DNA of 48,178 bases from a virus. Its lineage: Duplodnaviria; Heunggongvirae; Uroviricota; Caudoviricetes. Both the position numbers and the translations under genes were made by a program. The stretch lies in the IMG/VR virus record IMGVR_UViG_3300006143_000285; one strand, written 5' to 3'. A model generated the notes under the pieces. That model was not told the DNA's origin. It worked only from the letters and a program-made list of their open reading frames with translations, and did no database searches. Of the stretch, positions 1 through 8,358 are shown piece by piece. The number at the start of each line of letters is the position of its first letter. Within the stretch, counting starts at the first letter, position 1.

Positions 1-196
1 GTATGGCGTATGATTTGTTGGCTGCTTCTACTCTGCTGGAGAGGATTACGGTCGTTGTGGAGGCAGTATCGACACAGGACTGCTCCGTGAAATTTTCTTT
101 AAGGGAGAAAATCAGGAGGGCAGGCATAATCTTCTCCCTGCGGTGGGATTTTTCAGACTGGGAAGCAAGTGGGAAAAACAGTACGGATTTCGGCTG

Positions 197-430
197 ATAT
201 GCGCCACCTTTGCCGTCACCTTGACCGACACCTTATCCGCCACTTCTGCCGCCACCATTTCAGACACCCGTTCCGACACATTTACCGCCACTGATACAGA
301 CACACTTACATACACTCTTGGGGACACTCTTTCGGACACTTATGGGGACACCTTTGGGGACACTTTTACAGACACCTTTTCCGCCACTTTTTCGGTCAGT
401 GTGCGCCACCTTTTTCGCCACCTTTTTTGA
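197..430. repeat. Degenerate ~12-bp tandem array (GACAC/GCCAC cores)
   Basis: Consecutive units ggggacactctt/tcggacacttat/ggggacaccttt/ggggacactttt/acagacaccttt/tccgccactttt. Translations on both strands show 4-aa periodicity (DTxS; VSxK). Confidence 0.75.
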
Positions 431-621
431 GGCTCCCGGACACCCGTCCATACCACCAAACTTTTGCCTGAAAACAGGCGTTCAAGTATGAGAACCACAA
501 TTTTTAATAGTTAAATATTGTTTATTTGGTAAATATTCGGATAATAAGTGTTAATTTTGTGATGCTCTCACAGGTAGTGATAAATCAGGGCAATTTTGCC
601 CTCCAAAATAGAGCGGAAAAT

Positions 622-641
622 GTGGTACAAACCGTGGTACA
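622..641. repeat. Tandem direct repeat GTGGTACA x2, candidate integrase arm-type sites of the left-hand element
   Basis: gtggtaca at 622-629 and 634-641, ~65 nt from the tRNA-like core. The arm-site role is inferred. Confidence 0.4.
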
Positions 642-704
642 TTGCTTCTCAATTATATCAACCAACAAATTGAAAATCAACAAGATAACACCACTCTCAC
701 AAGG

Positions 705-718
705 CCCGCTCGGATCAC
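705..718 (+). other. tRNA 3'-end-like fragment, putative att core
   Basis: CCCGC-TCGGATC-A-C fits a T-stem 3' strand + acceptor 3' strand + discriminator. No TpsiC loop or remaining tRNA upstream. With the intron removed, it is followed ~8 nt later by a terminator and then the integrase. Confidence 0.45.
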
Positions 719-788
719 AGAATCGAGTAGGAGGTAAACACTAATCGCAGGTGTTTATCTCCTGCTTTCGTGTTTACCGACCTCTCAC

Positions 789-822
789 ACCACCGTACGT
801 GCCGTTCGGCATACGGCGGTTC
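789..822 (-). ncRNA. Group II intron catalytic domain V
   Basis: GAACCGCCGTATGCCGAACGGCACGTACGGTGGT, a 34-nt hairpin with the CGC triad typical of IIC, immediately after the IEP stop. Confidence 0.92.
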
Positions 823-2220
823 TTAACGCGGATGCAGTTTCTCGTAGTATTCCGTAAGTGTGGGATAGTGTGCGCGCTTCAATTTCTCGTTTGATATGGC
901 TCGTGTCAGTATCGGGCTGTGAACAGTGCGCCAGTACCCCTTTCGGGTGTTAGCCCATTGCCATGCCTGCCATTTCGCGATGCCACATCGTTGCAGGTTC
1001 TTGAAGCGTGTCCGCACTCGTTTCCAGCATTTCCATATACACATGCGTATGCGACTGCGCAACCATTCGTCGGTTTCTTTCAGAAAGTTGCGCATCTCGG
1101 CGAGCCGAAAGTAGTATACCCACCCTCGGATTGCATAGGTCAGTTTCTCCTTGCGCTTCTCGTAGCCCCAGCCATTGCTACGCTTTGTCAACTCCTTGAG
1201 TTTGGAGCGAAGTTTGGCTTTGCTTTTCGGATGAACGCACAAGCGAGCCTTTCCTCTTCACGTGTTGAACGAGTAGCCGAGGAACTTCTGTCCGTGGACA
1301 CTGCCTACGTGGGTCTTCTCTCTGTTCACTTTGAGGAAGAGTTTTCCCTCTATGAACTTCGTAATGCTTTCGCACACCCTTTCGGCGGCTCTCGGACTTT
1401 TACAGAAGATGACGCAGTCATCGGCATAGCGCACAAACGGAAGCCCGCGTCTTTCAAGTTCGCGGTCAAGTTCCGTCAGCATTATGTTGCTCAGTATGGG
1501 GCTGAGAGGACCGCCTTGCGGAACTCCCTCAGTCGTGTCCTCATACTTGTGGCTGACTATCACTCCTGCGTTGAGATACTTATGTATCAGAGATATGACC
1601 CTGCCGTCCTTGATTGTCTCGCCAAGTAGCTGTATCAGCTTGCTGTGGTTGACTGTATCAAAGAATTTTTCAAGGTCTAAGTCCACGCAGTATTTATAGC
1701 CGTCGTTGATGATTTCCTGCGTCTTTTGCAGGGCTTGGTGTGCGCTCCGTCTCGGTCGGAAGCCGTAGCTTGTCTCCGAGAATTTCGGTTCGTACACCAG
1801 GCTCAGCACCTGGGCTATGGATTGCTGGATTACGCGGTCAACTACTGTCGGTATGCCGAGTTGTCGCGTCTTTCCTCCCTCCTTGGGTATCTCTACCCTC
1901 CTTACGGGATTGGGGCGGTAGCGTCCGCCCAGCAGACTTTCTGTCAGCTCATCCTTGTGTTCTCGCAGATACGGAAGCAGTTGTTCCACCTCCATTCTGT
2001 CGATTCCTCCGCTCCCCTTGTTGCCCTTGACTTGTCGGTATGCTCTGTTAAGGTTGTCGGGAGTGAGGATGTATTCCAACATCCTGTCTGACGATAGTTG
2101 CACTTCTACGAGTTCATCTCCAACTATCCCAATCAAAGTAGGCGCTCCCTCATACCTTTCGCGTTCCGCGCTATTCTTCCGAGGGCAGCTTTCTTGTGTT
2201 TTCGGCTTTTCTCCTTTCAT
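823..2220 (-). pseudogene. ltrA: Group II intron reverse transcriptase/maturase interrupted by one in-frame TGA (1258-1260)
   Basis: RT motifs LGIPTVVDR, DLDLEKFFD, PQGGPLSP, YADD, FLGY. After TGA the same frame continues RGKARLCVHPKSK... into maturase domain X (823-1242). Confidence 0.9.
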
Positions 2221-2635
2221 CGGGTAAAATAAAGTTTTGCTCGTGTGGTTAAGTTTTGCCCTTCATCGCCGCCCACGAGCTTTAAGGCGACGACTACTAT
2301 GGCATCTGCTGACTTCTGTGGGTTCGTTGTTACTGCTTGCCTTACAGCTCGCCCCACAGACCTCCCCGATTAAGAACGTAATCTTTCAGTCTTATACTCC
2401 CTTGATTTACTCTCGTCAGTCCGGATAGCTTTCGGGCTTTGGTTTGTTCAGCAACCTTACCCCCTGACTTTGAGCCTCGTATCAAATTTCTGTGCGTGGA
2501 GCCAGACTTTTGTCCTTGGCTTCCTTCCGATTCTCCTCGCGGCAGACACCGTTGCCTCGGACTATGCGCTTCCCGCTATCGGGGCGCGCTCGGGACTTAC
2601 ACCCGTTAGATTATGCCCATGTCGGGCGAACTGTG

Positions 2636-2663
2636 AAAAAGCCACTCGTTTTGAGTGGCTTTT
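2636..2663. terminator. Bidirectional intrinsic terminator; target of the IIC intron
   Basis: aaaagccactc-gtttt-gagtggctttt, an 11-bp stem with U-tracts on both strands. Confidence 0.85.
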
Positions 2664-2777
2664 GTGCTTTACACAACATATCATCCAGTTTAATAGAAAT
2701 CCCAAGAGGAACCCTTTACTCGCCATAAATTAACTTTGTTTAACTATTATCCTCCCAAAATTACTCATTCTTTAACA

Positions 2778-2807
2778 TTTGATTTCAAACAATTATATGT
2801 AACTTTG
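2778..2807 (+). promoter_or_regulatory. Bacteroidota housekeeping-sigma promoter upstream of integrase
   Basis: TTTG (2778-2781), 18-nt spacer, TAACTTTG (2800-2807), matching the TTTG/TAnnTTTG consensus. Confidence 0.65.
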
Positions 2808-2964
2808 CCTATAAACTGAAGCGAACATTGAATTACAGTGTTGAGTTTTGTGCTTTCTGATGTGCATAAGCTCTTGATGAAATAGCACAAATTCATTCAT
2901 AACTGTCTGACAATCATAGGAGAGAGGACGATTCTCAAAATCTCCTCGTCCTCTCCGCCCTATG

Positions 2965-3000
2965 ATAAAAGTCGAGAATCAACCCTCGACTTTTATTTTT
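2965..3000 (+). terminator. Terminator/attenuator hairpin in the integrase leader
   Basis: ataaaagtcgag-aatcaacc-ctcgacttttat, a 12-bp stem followed by a T-run. Confidence 0.65.
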
Positions 3001-3154
3001 ATAATTGAATGAAGATTAGACGATTACAACGTTTTCGTACTATATGGATTACTTTGTATCGAACTGGTCTGTCCGGCAGTATGAATGAAGTTTTGTGCAC
3101 AGCACAAATAAATACTGTGATCTCAAAGTTGTTCGCCCGTAAATCTTCATTCAA

Positions 3155-4564
3155 ATGGCGAATATTTCGTTAAAATTTACTAACAGAAATGGACGGTTCT
3201 GCCTGTGCGCAACCGTCAAGGGAACTTCTATCCGGCACTATCGAGCCGTTGATGAACTCAGAAACCCCGACTTCAAGACATGGGATAAGTCGGCACAAAG
3301 ATTTGTATCTCGCCGCCCTATCGACAGTGCTAACAACAAAATCCTGAGTGATGTCCTCAGACACTACGAGGACTTGCTGGAAAAGTACGACTTTGAATCT
3401 GGCAGAGAACTGTTTGCATATCAAGAGGAAACAGAGCTTCTTGCCGCTCAAGAGTCAAAGCCTAAGCCTCAATTATCCAAACCTCCAAAGAAAACAGTCA
3501 CCCCACCCAGTGTGACAAGCAATGCTATGCCCGGTGACAATATGACTTTGGGCAAATGGCTGGAGCAGATCATTGAGGAGATAAAGAACCCAAAACGGCT
3601 GAAGCCCTCCGCAAGTTATCAAGGTTATTTAACACTTCTGCATAAGCTGGAAGCTGAAGGAAAGCTCATAAAACAGCCTCTGACAGCCCTTGGAGACAAT
3701 AGTTTTGTGCAACTTATCAAGTGGCTGAACAAACAGAAGGGTAAAAATGGCAAAGGCACTAACTTTATCGGCACGATGAAAATATTCGCTGCCGCTATCA
3801 GTAGGGCTCGAAAAGCGCGTCTGATAACCTACCGCCCTGACTTTCCATATATGGATTATGCTCCAATCCATAAAGTGACCGATAAAGCCAAGGATTTTCT
3901 TTCTAATGGAGGAGCTGTCCAAAGTCTGACACCTGAGCAATATGAGCAGTTTGTTCAAATGGACCTCAGCGAAATCAAAATGGCTCGTGGCCCACAAATG
4001 GAATACTACAAGGAACTCTATCGGGATTTCTGTATGCTCCTGTATGAAATGAAATCTCGCCCCATAGATATACTGAGGCTCCACTGGGACAATATCGCTT
4101 ATGATGCAAACACAAAGCGATTCACTTGCACCTATATTCCAGCCAAAAAGAAGAACTATGGAGCATCAAGCAAGCATACCTCTAAAGCCTTGGTTATACA
4201 ATATCTGTCTCCAAAAGCTGTTGAGATTGTGATGAAGTATCAAGGAAAGTCTAAAGGTGGTTATATATTCCCCTTTGCACTCAATCAAACTAAATGGAAT
4301 CTGAACGATCCTCAGCAATTCCACTATCACTACTACAAAGGGAATCATATCTGCGGCCAAATCAACAGATTCCTACATAAAGTTGGGAAATATCTGGGAG
4401 TTCCATTCCAGTTAACGCTTTACGCCTTTCGCAGAACTGCTATCACGCAAGCTGTGACTGAGAATAAAATGCCACTGGCGATGATAGCGAAGACTGCTGG
4501 AACATCCGTTGAAATGATTGAGGCTCATTACGCCAATTATCTTCATGCTCTTGCTGCATATTAA
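3155..4564 (+). CDS. int: Tyrosine recombinase / phage integrase
   Basis: C-terminal SRPxDILRL...K...LYAFRRTAIT...GTSVEMIEAHY catalytic pattern; N-terminal arm-binding-like and SAM-like regions. Confidence 0.9.
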   Translation: MANISLKFTNRNGRFCLCATVKGTSIRHYRAVDELRNPDFKTWDKSAQRFVSRRPIDSANNKILSDVLRHYEDLLEKYDFESGRELFAYQEETELLAAQESKPKPQLSKPPKKTVTPPSVTSNAMPGDNMTLGKWLEQIIEEIKNPKRLKPSASYQGYLTLLHKLEAEGKLIKQPLTALGDNSFVQLIKWLNKQKGKNGKGTNFIGTMKIFAAAISRARKARLITYRPDFPYMDYAPIHKVTDKAKDFLSNGGAVQSLTPEQYEQFVQMDLSEIKMARGPQMEYYKELYRDFCMLLYEMKSRPIDILRLHWDNIAYDANTKRFTCTYIPAKKKNYGASSKHTSKALVIQYLSPKAVEIVMKYQGKSKGGYIFPFALNQTKWNLNDPQQFHYHYYKGNHICGQINRFLHKVGKYLGVPFQLTLYAFRRTAITQAVTENKMPLAMIAKTAGTSVEMIEAHYANYLHALAAY

Positions 4565-4598
4565 AAACTCCCTTCCCGGAAATTATCTGGGAAGGGAG
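4563..4598 (-). terminator. Terminator between convergent integrase and phage operon
   Basis: ctcccttccc...gggaagggag, a 10-bp stem with a minus-strand U-tract. Confidence 0.75.
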
Positions 4599-4621
4599 CC
4601 AACATTATTATTGAGCATGAA

Positions 4622-4951
4622 TCACTTTTGCGGTTCGGTATTGTAGATTCGTTCAACAAGTCCCCAGAAATCATCTGGGCATGGATGCTCAGACAGTGCT
4701 TCACAGCCTTTCTTGATATACTCAAGTTCGTCCTTGGTGAAGTCAACTGTTAATGGCTGTGCCATATCTTTTTCGATATTCCAGCGAATCTCATTCTTTT
4801 CTTTGTCCTCTACGATACTGAAGGCTTCTTGATCTTCCTTGGTCAAGCCAACTTTCTTCAGAATCTGACGCTTCATAGCATACTCCATAAAGGTGTTCTG
4901 CTGTGGAAGCAGTTGAGGAAAATACATACGGTCTTTTATGTGTAGTTCCAT
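4622..4951 (-). CDS. Hypothetical phage protein
   Basis: 109-aa ORF in the operon direction, preceded by the conserved 15-nt motif. Confidence 0.7.
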   Translation of the reverse strand: MELHIKDRMYFPQLLPQQNTFMEYAMKRQILKKVGLTKEDQEAFSIVEDKEKNEIRWNIEKDMAQPLTVDFTKDELEYIKKGCEALSEHPCPDDFWGLVERIYNTEPQK

Positions 4952-4975
4952 ATCGTTTTTGTTTGTTGTTTATTA

Positions 4976-5014
4976 AAAATAGCGAAGCTCAAATAGAGTA
5001 GTTTGAGCTTCGCT
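4976..5014 (-). terminator. Terminator after the lysis genes
   Basis: agcgaagctcaaa/tttgagcttcgct, a 13-bp stem with a minus-strand ATTTTT tail. Confidence 0.75.
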
Positions 5015-5022
5015 TAAATTTT

Positions 5023-5532
5023 TTACCATGTCAGAATATTATAACTAACACCCACTCCTATATATGGACCGAATTTTCGATTATCGCCATAATATCCTGC
5101 GCCTAATTGAATACCTAATCCCCAACGTTTGGGCGGCTCTCTGATACGGTGCGTTACCGTAATCGTTTTTGGAAAGATATTTATACTGTCCAAATTAACA
5201 TTAAAACCACTTATCCATGCGTGATATGCACTGTCTTGATATTCTTTTTGCTGAATAGGAACCTCGACATACACACTATCTACTTTGATAATATCCTCAC
5301 CTTTTGTCAAGATAGTATCAACTTGTGGTAATTTGACAGTGACGTAGCGTAAAACGACACTATCCACAGGAATCGGTTGGCGATAGGTAATGGTGTCCAC
5401 TATTGTATCACAATACACTGAAATATCTTCTTCAATGGGCGAAGAACGTGAGCCAGTGCATTGCCCTACGCTAAAACCTAACCATAGGGCCAAAACAATT
5501 CCGATAATTAATGGTGCGTTTTTCATTGTCAT
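5023..5532 (-). CDS. Membrane-anchored lysis accessory protein (spanin-like)
   Basis: N-terminal TM/lipobox-like segment (IVLALWLGFSVGQC), DT/DS-rich stalk, C-terminal beta-hairpins KRWGLGIQLGAGY...GVSYNIL; directly after the endolysin. Confidence 0.55.
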   Translation of the reverse strand: MTMKNAPLIIGIVLALWLGFSVGQCTGSRSSPIEEDISVYCDTIVDTITYRQPIPVDSVVLRYVTVKLPQVDTILTKGEDIIKVDSVYVEVPIQQKEYQDSAYHAWISGFNVNLDSINIFPKTITVTHRIREPPKRWGLGIQLGAGYYGDNRKFGPYIGVGVSYNILTW

Positions 5533-6152
5533 AGATTTTTATATTCTTTTGTCGCATCAAACGAAGGACATGCTTTGTTAGCAAAATCTCTGTGACTGTG
5601 GATTGTTGCTTTTGGATATTTAGCCTTCAGTTCTTTCAAAATTTTAAGCAGAGCCGTTTTCTGAACTTCAGTGCGAGTGTCCTTCCCTTTATTCATCCAA
5701 TTGGGAGTAGAACGAGGCGGACAGCCACCTATATAGCATACACCAATTGAGATGGTGTTGTGTCCAGTGCAATGTGCTCCACTTTTAGCTTCATCTCGCC
5801 CTTTATGAATGGAACCATCGCGATAGATGACGTAGTGATAGCCAATATCTGAAAAGCCTCGCGCTAAGTGCATCTTCCTTATCTGTTCAACGGTAAAATC
5901 TTCTCCTTCTGGAGTTGCCGAACAGTGGACAATAATTTCTTTGATATTTCGAGGATTTGACGCAGAAACCACACCTAATGCAGCCCATGTCTTTGGACCG
6001 ACAATGCCGTCTGCGGTAAGCCCTTTAGATTTCTGAAATGCTCGTACAGCTTCTTCAGTAAGCGGTCCGAAAATTCCGTCATCTAATAGATTCAGCTTCT
6101 TTTGAAGTTGTTTGACTTCATAACCTCTACTGCCTTGCTTTAATGTTGTCAT
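5529..6152 (-). CDS. Endolysin: peptidoglycan-binding domain + N-acetylmuramoyl-L-alanine amidase (Amidase_2)
   Basis: LKQGSRG...DGIFGPLT...DGIVGPKTW PG-binding domain; IIVHCSAT, DIGYHY, HCTGHN, SHRDFANKACPSF. Confidence 0.92.
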   Translation of the reverse strand: MTTLKQGSRGYEVKQLQKKLNLLDDGIFGPLTEEAVRAFQKSKGLTADGIVGPKTWAALGVVSASNPRNIKEIIVHCSATPEGEDFTVEQIRKMHLARGFSDIGYHYVIYRDGSIHKGRDEAKSGAHCTGHNTISIGVCYIGGCPPRSTPNWMNKGKDTRTEVQKTALLKILKELKAKYPKATIHSHRDFANKACPSFDATKEYKNL

Positions 6153-6354
6153 CGTGCATTATTGAGTTATCTGGAATATACCATTCCTGTTCGTCAAGAT
6201 AGGGTTCTCCGATCAATTCTATCCAAGCACCCCTCGGTCTGCTACCAAATTGATGATAGCACAGTTCTTTCACAATTCCTTTGCGACCAACGAGTTCAGA
6301 AAGTTTTAATTCTGATAATTCTTCTGAAGCCACAATTGTAATGATTTGTTCCAT
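6127..6354 (-). CDS. Hypothetical protein in the lysis cassette
   Basis: 75-aa ORF packed between the holin-like gene and the endolysin. Confidence 0.6.
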   Translation of the reverse strand: MEQIITIVASEELSELKLSELVGRKGIVKELCYHQFGSRPRGAWIELIGEPYLDEQEWYIPDNSIMHDDNIKARQ

Positions 6355-6359
6355 AGTTA

Positions 6360-6725
6360 TTAATATCCTGTTGGTGGTTTTCGATTAGGACAGGCCGGAA
6401 CTTCGCACTTCAACATACACAGACGAGTATTTTCTACTTGAAGAGTTGCATTTGTTTTGGATAGCTCTGCCTTACAATCACGCTGATGGCTGATTTGGTC
6501 ATACAGTGTGTCAATTTTAGTTTCATACCGTGCTCGTTCCTCCTCCCAGACTTTTCGGTCCTCATCTCGTAAATGGCGTTCTTCTTCGTAAAGTTTCTTC
6601 CATTCCTCCGATTGCTTGGCTTCATTTTCCAAGATTTTTGCTTTTCGAGTCTGGGGATAGAAAAATAGCATACCACCAGCACCAGTTATCAAGCTGACAA
6701 TGCCGGTTACAATAATTTCTAACAT
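6360..6725 (-). CDS. Holin-like membrane protein
   Basis: N-terminal TM helix, coiled coil, C-terminal KCxxxxCxxRxPP; upstream of the endolysin. Confidence 0.55.
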   Translation of the reverse strand: MLEIIVTGIVSLITGAGGMLFFYPQTRKAKILENEAKQSEEWKKLYEEERHLRDEDRKVWEEERARYETKIDTLYDQISHQRDCKAELSKTNATLQVENTRLCMLKCEVPACPNRKPPTGY

Positions 6726-7207
6726 TATTCTGATTTGGGATTAATCTCAGATTTAGATTCGGGCACAATAACATTGAAAGTAATGCCACCACCTTCGGCA
6801 TTTCCACCTTCCAGATTAACTGTCTGTGCCTCCTTGACGGCATACATATCCATCAGTGCTTTTGCCGCACTGACAGCCACACTTCTCAGTGGAGCTGTGG
6901 ACAACAATGTGCCTCGCCTATCACGAAATTGAGCTGTCGAAGTTTCTTCAAGTATCTTCATCAGATTCTGAGTGAGATAGCGTTTCATATTGCCAGCTTC
7001 TTCAGCACTCATCTCGTCTAATTGGGTGAGATAAGCCTTTATGTCTTCTCGATTTAGGAGCAACTTGGCTTTATGACGTGTTCTTGGGCCATCTTCTTTA
7101 AATACTTCGGAATAACATTTGACAGCATTACCAGCATAAGGTGCTGCGCCGTTCATAAACAGCTCACAAAATAACACCTCTTGGTCAGTTAATTGCTTAT
7201 TTTCCAT
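6725..7207 (-). CDS. terS: Terminase small subunit-like protein
   Basis: LTDQEVLFCELF...NAVKCY...AKLLLNREDIKAYL resembles the TerS N-terminal HTH; ends GITFNVIVP. Confidence 0.7.
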   Translation of the reverse strand: MENKQLTDQEVLFCELFMNGAAPYAGNAVKCYSEVFKEDGPRTRHKAKLLLNREDIKAYLTQLDEMSAEEAGNMKRYLTQNLMKILEETSTAQFRDRRGTLLSTAPLRSVAVSAAKALMDMYAVKEAQTVNLEGGNAEGGGITFNVIVPESKSEINPKSE

Positions 7208-7211
7208 TGAA

Positions 7212-7264
7212 ATTCCTAATTGAAAGCCTCGATAACTGCTACCGAGGCTTTGTTTATTAGGAAT
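7212..7264 (-). promoter_or_regulatory. Extended hairpin over the terS initiation region, overlapping the conserved motif
   Basis: attcctaat (7212-7220)/attaggaat (7256-7264) and aaagcctcg (7223-7231)/cgaggcttt (7243-7251). Confidence 0.55.
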
Positions 7265-7270
7265 AGTCTG

Positions 7271-7558
7271 CTATTCTGACTGATGTTTGTGTGCAAGAAG
7301 TATATCCATAACTGTATTTCCCATTAGTGTTGCAAAACCTTCTTGCACAGCTGTAACATCTTCAAGAGAATTGATATACTCCATATTGAAAGCAATATTC
7401 AGATCATACCCTGAAATCTCAGCCAGAGTAATTTCAGGGTGTTTCTCATTCACTATTTTGAGAACCACACGGTCTGTAATGACCTTGAATGTTGTGGTAG
7501 CCTCCTTGACTGGAGGCAATACCACATCTTCTTGAGGATTAGGGGTATCTGTCGTCAT
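7271..7558 (-). CDS. Hypothetical protein
   Basis: 95-aa ORF with a 4-nt overlap to the upstream exonuclease gene. Confidence 0.65.
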   Translation of the reverse strand: MTTDTPNPQEDVVLPPVKEATTTFKVITDRVVLKIVNEKHPEITLAEISGYDLNIAFNMEYINSLEDVTAVQEGFATLMGNTVMDILLAHKHQSE

Positions 7559-8358
7559 ATCTTAAAATGTTTGCGTGATTTTTCAGCTTTGTTCATCTGA
7601 ATCTCGCCACCTTCGATAATGCCACCGACACTTCTCATTCGTTGAGCAAGAACAGCGGCTACGTTGGTGGTGGCGGCTACGTCGGCATCCGCATCGTGAG
7701 CATCATCAAGCTCTACACCAAGATGCTCGCACATGATTTCCAGTTTATAGAAGTTTACGTTTGGATTGCTACATAGAGCAAGTTGACCAAGATGAATTGT
7801 ATCAATCATCTGAGGGTGCCAGTTGCCATAGAAATCAACCCAGCCACGGACAACTTTAATCAATTCAGACAGCAATCCGGTGTACTCAAACATCTGGATT
7901 AAGAATGCTTCATCAAAGGTTATGTTCTGACCGATGACCAAAGGCATTATGTTCTTAGGCGTTTTTGGATAAGTGACGTCTCTGATAAACTTCAGCACAT
8001 CCTGAGCGACTTCATTGATGTCCACCCCCATTCCTAACAACATATCCATTGTAATTGCCGTATAATTCAAGGCTGCATCCTCATACACCATTTGCTCAGT
8101 TGCCGGTGATTCATATTTGCTTTTAAGGACTTTGCGCTTTGGTGCAAGAGCCTTGATTTCTTTTTGGTCATACGGATAGATGTATTTGACATATGAGCCA
8201 AGTTTCTCAAATGTGTCCAAGCGGACAGCGTGAATTGCTATCTGGGTGATACCGATATTAGCAGCTGTGAGCTTCTTTGTCTTGTTCGGTATTCCACCGG
8301 TTTCAAAGTCGAGCACCAGCCCGACAATGTACGGATTTGATTCTTTAGGTGTTGCCAT
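7555..8358 (-). CDS. DEDDh 3'-5' exonuclease (DNA Pol III epsilon-like)
   Basis: LDFETGG, GQNITFD, HDADAD motifs. Confidence 0.88.
   Translation of the reverse strand: MATPKESNPYIVGLVLDFETGGIPNKTKKLTAANIGITQIAIHAVRLDTFEKLGSYVKYIYPYDQKEIKALAPKRKVLKSKYESPATEQMVYEDAALNYTAITMDMLLGMGVDINEVAQDVLKFIRDVTYPKTPKNIMPLVIGQNITFDEAFLIQMFEYTGLLSELIKVVRGWVDFYGNWHPQMIDTIHLGQLALCSNPNVNFYKLEIMCEHLGVELDDAHDADADVAATTNVAAVLAQRMRSVGGIIEGGEIQMNKAEKSRKHFKI

Larger units (their letters stand above)
722..2631 (-). mobile_element. Group II intron, bacterial class C (IIC)
   Basis: 5' end GTTCGCCCGACATGGG at 2631; domain V at 822-789; domain VI ending CCTACTCGAT at 722; RT/maturase ORF inside; inserted 4 nt after a terminator U-tract (ttttt-caca|GTTCG). 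Confidence 0.93.

Noticed and set aside
197-430. Possible CRISPR array
   Set aside because: Units are ~12 nt, degenerate and contiguous; there are no constant repeats with unique spacers and no cas genes.
660-720. Intact tRNA gene
   Set aside because: Only the last 14 nt are tRNA-like; no TpsiC loop, anticodon arm or D arm upstream.
1258-1260. TGA read as a sense codon (alternative genetic code in the phage)
   Set aside because: Several phage genes terminate at TGA (e.g., the DGR target, and the helicase with an ATGA-type overlap), and long phage ORFs are intact under code 11. A single nonsense change in the intron is simpler.
3131-3139. GTTCGCCCG identical to the intron 5' end on the opposite strand
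   Set aside because: Only 9 nt, with no further intron similarity; likely chance, or part of the leader inverted repeat.
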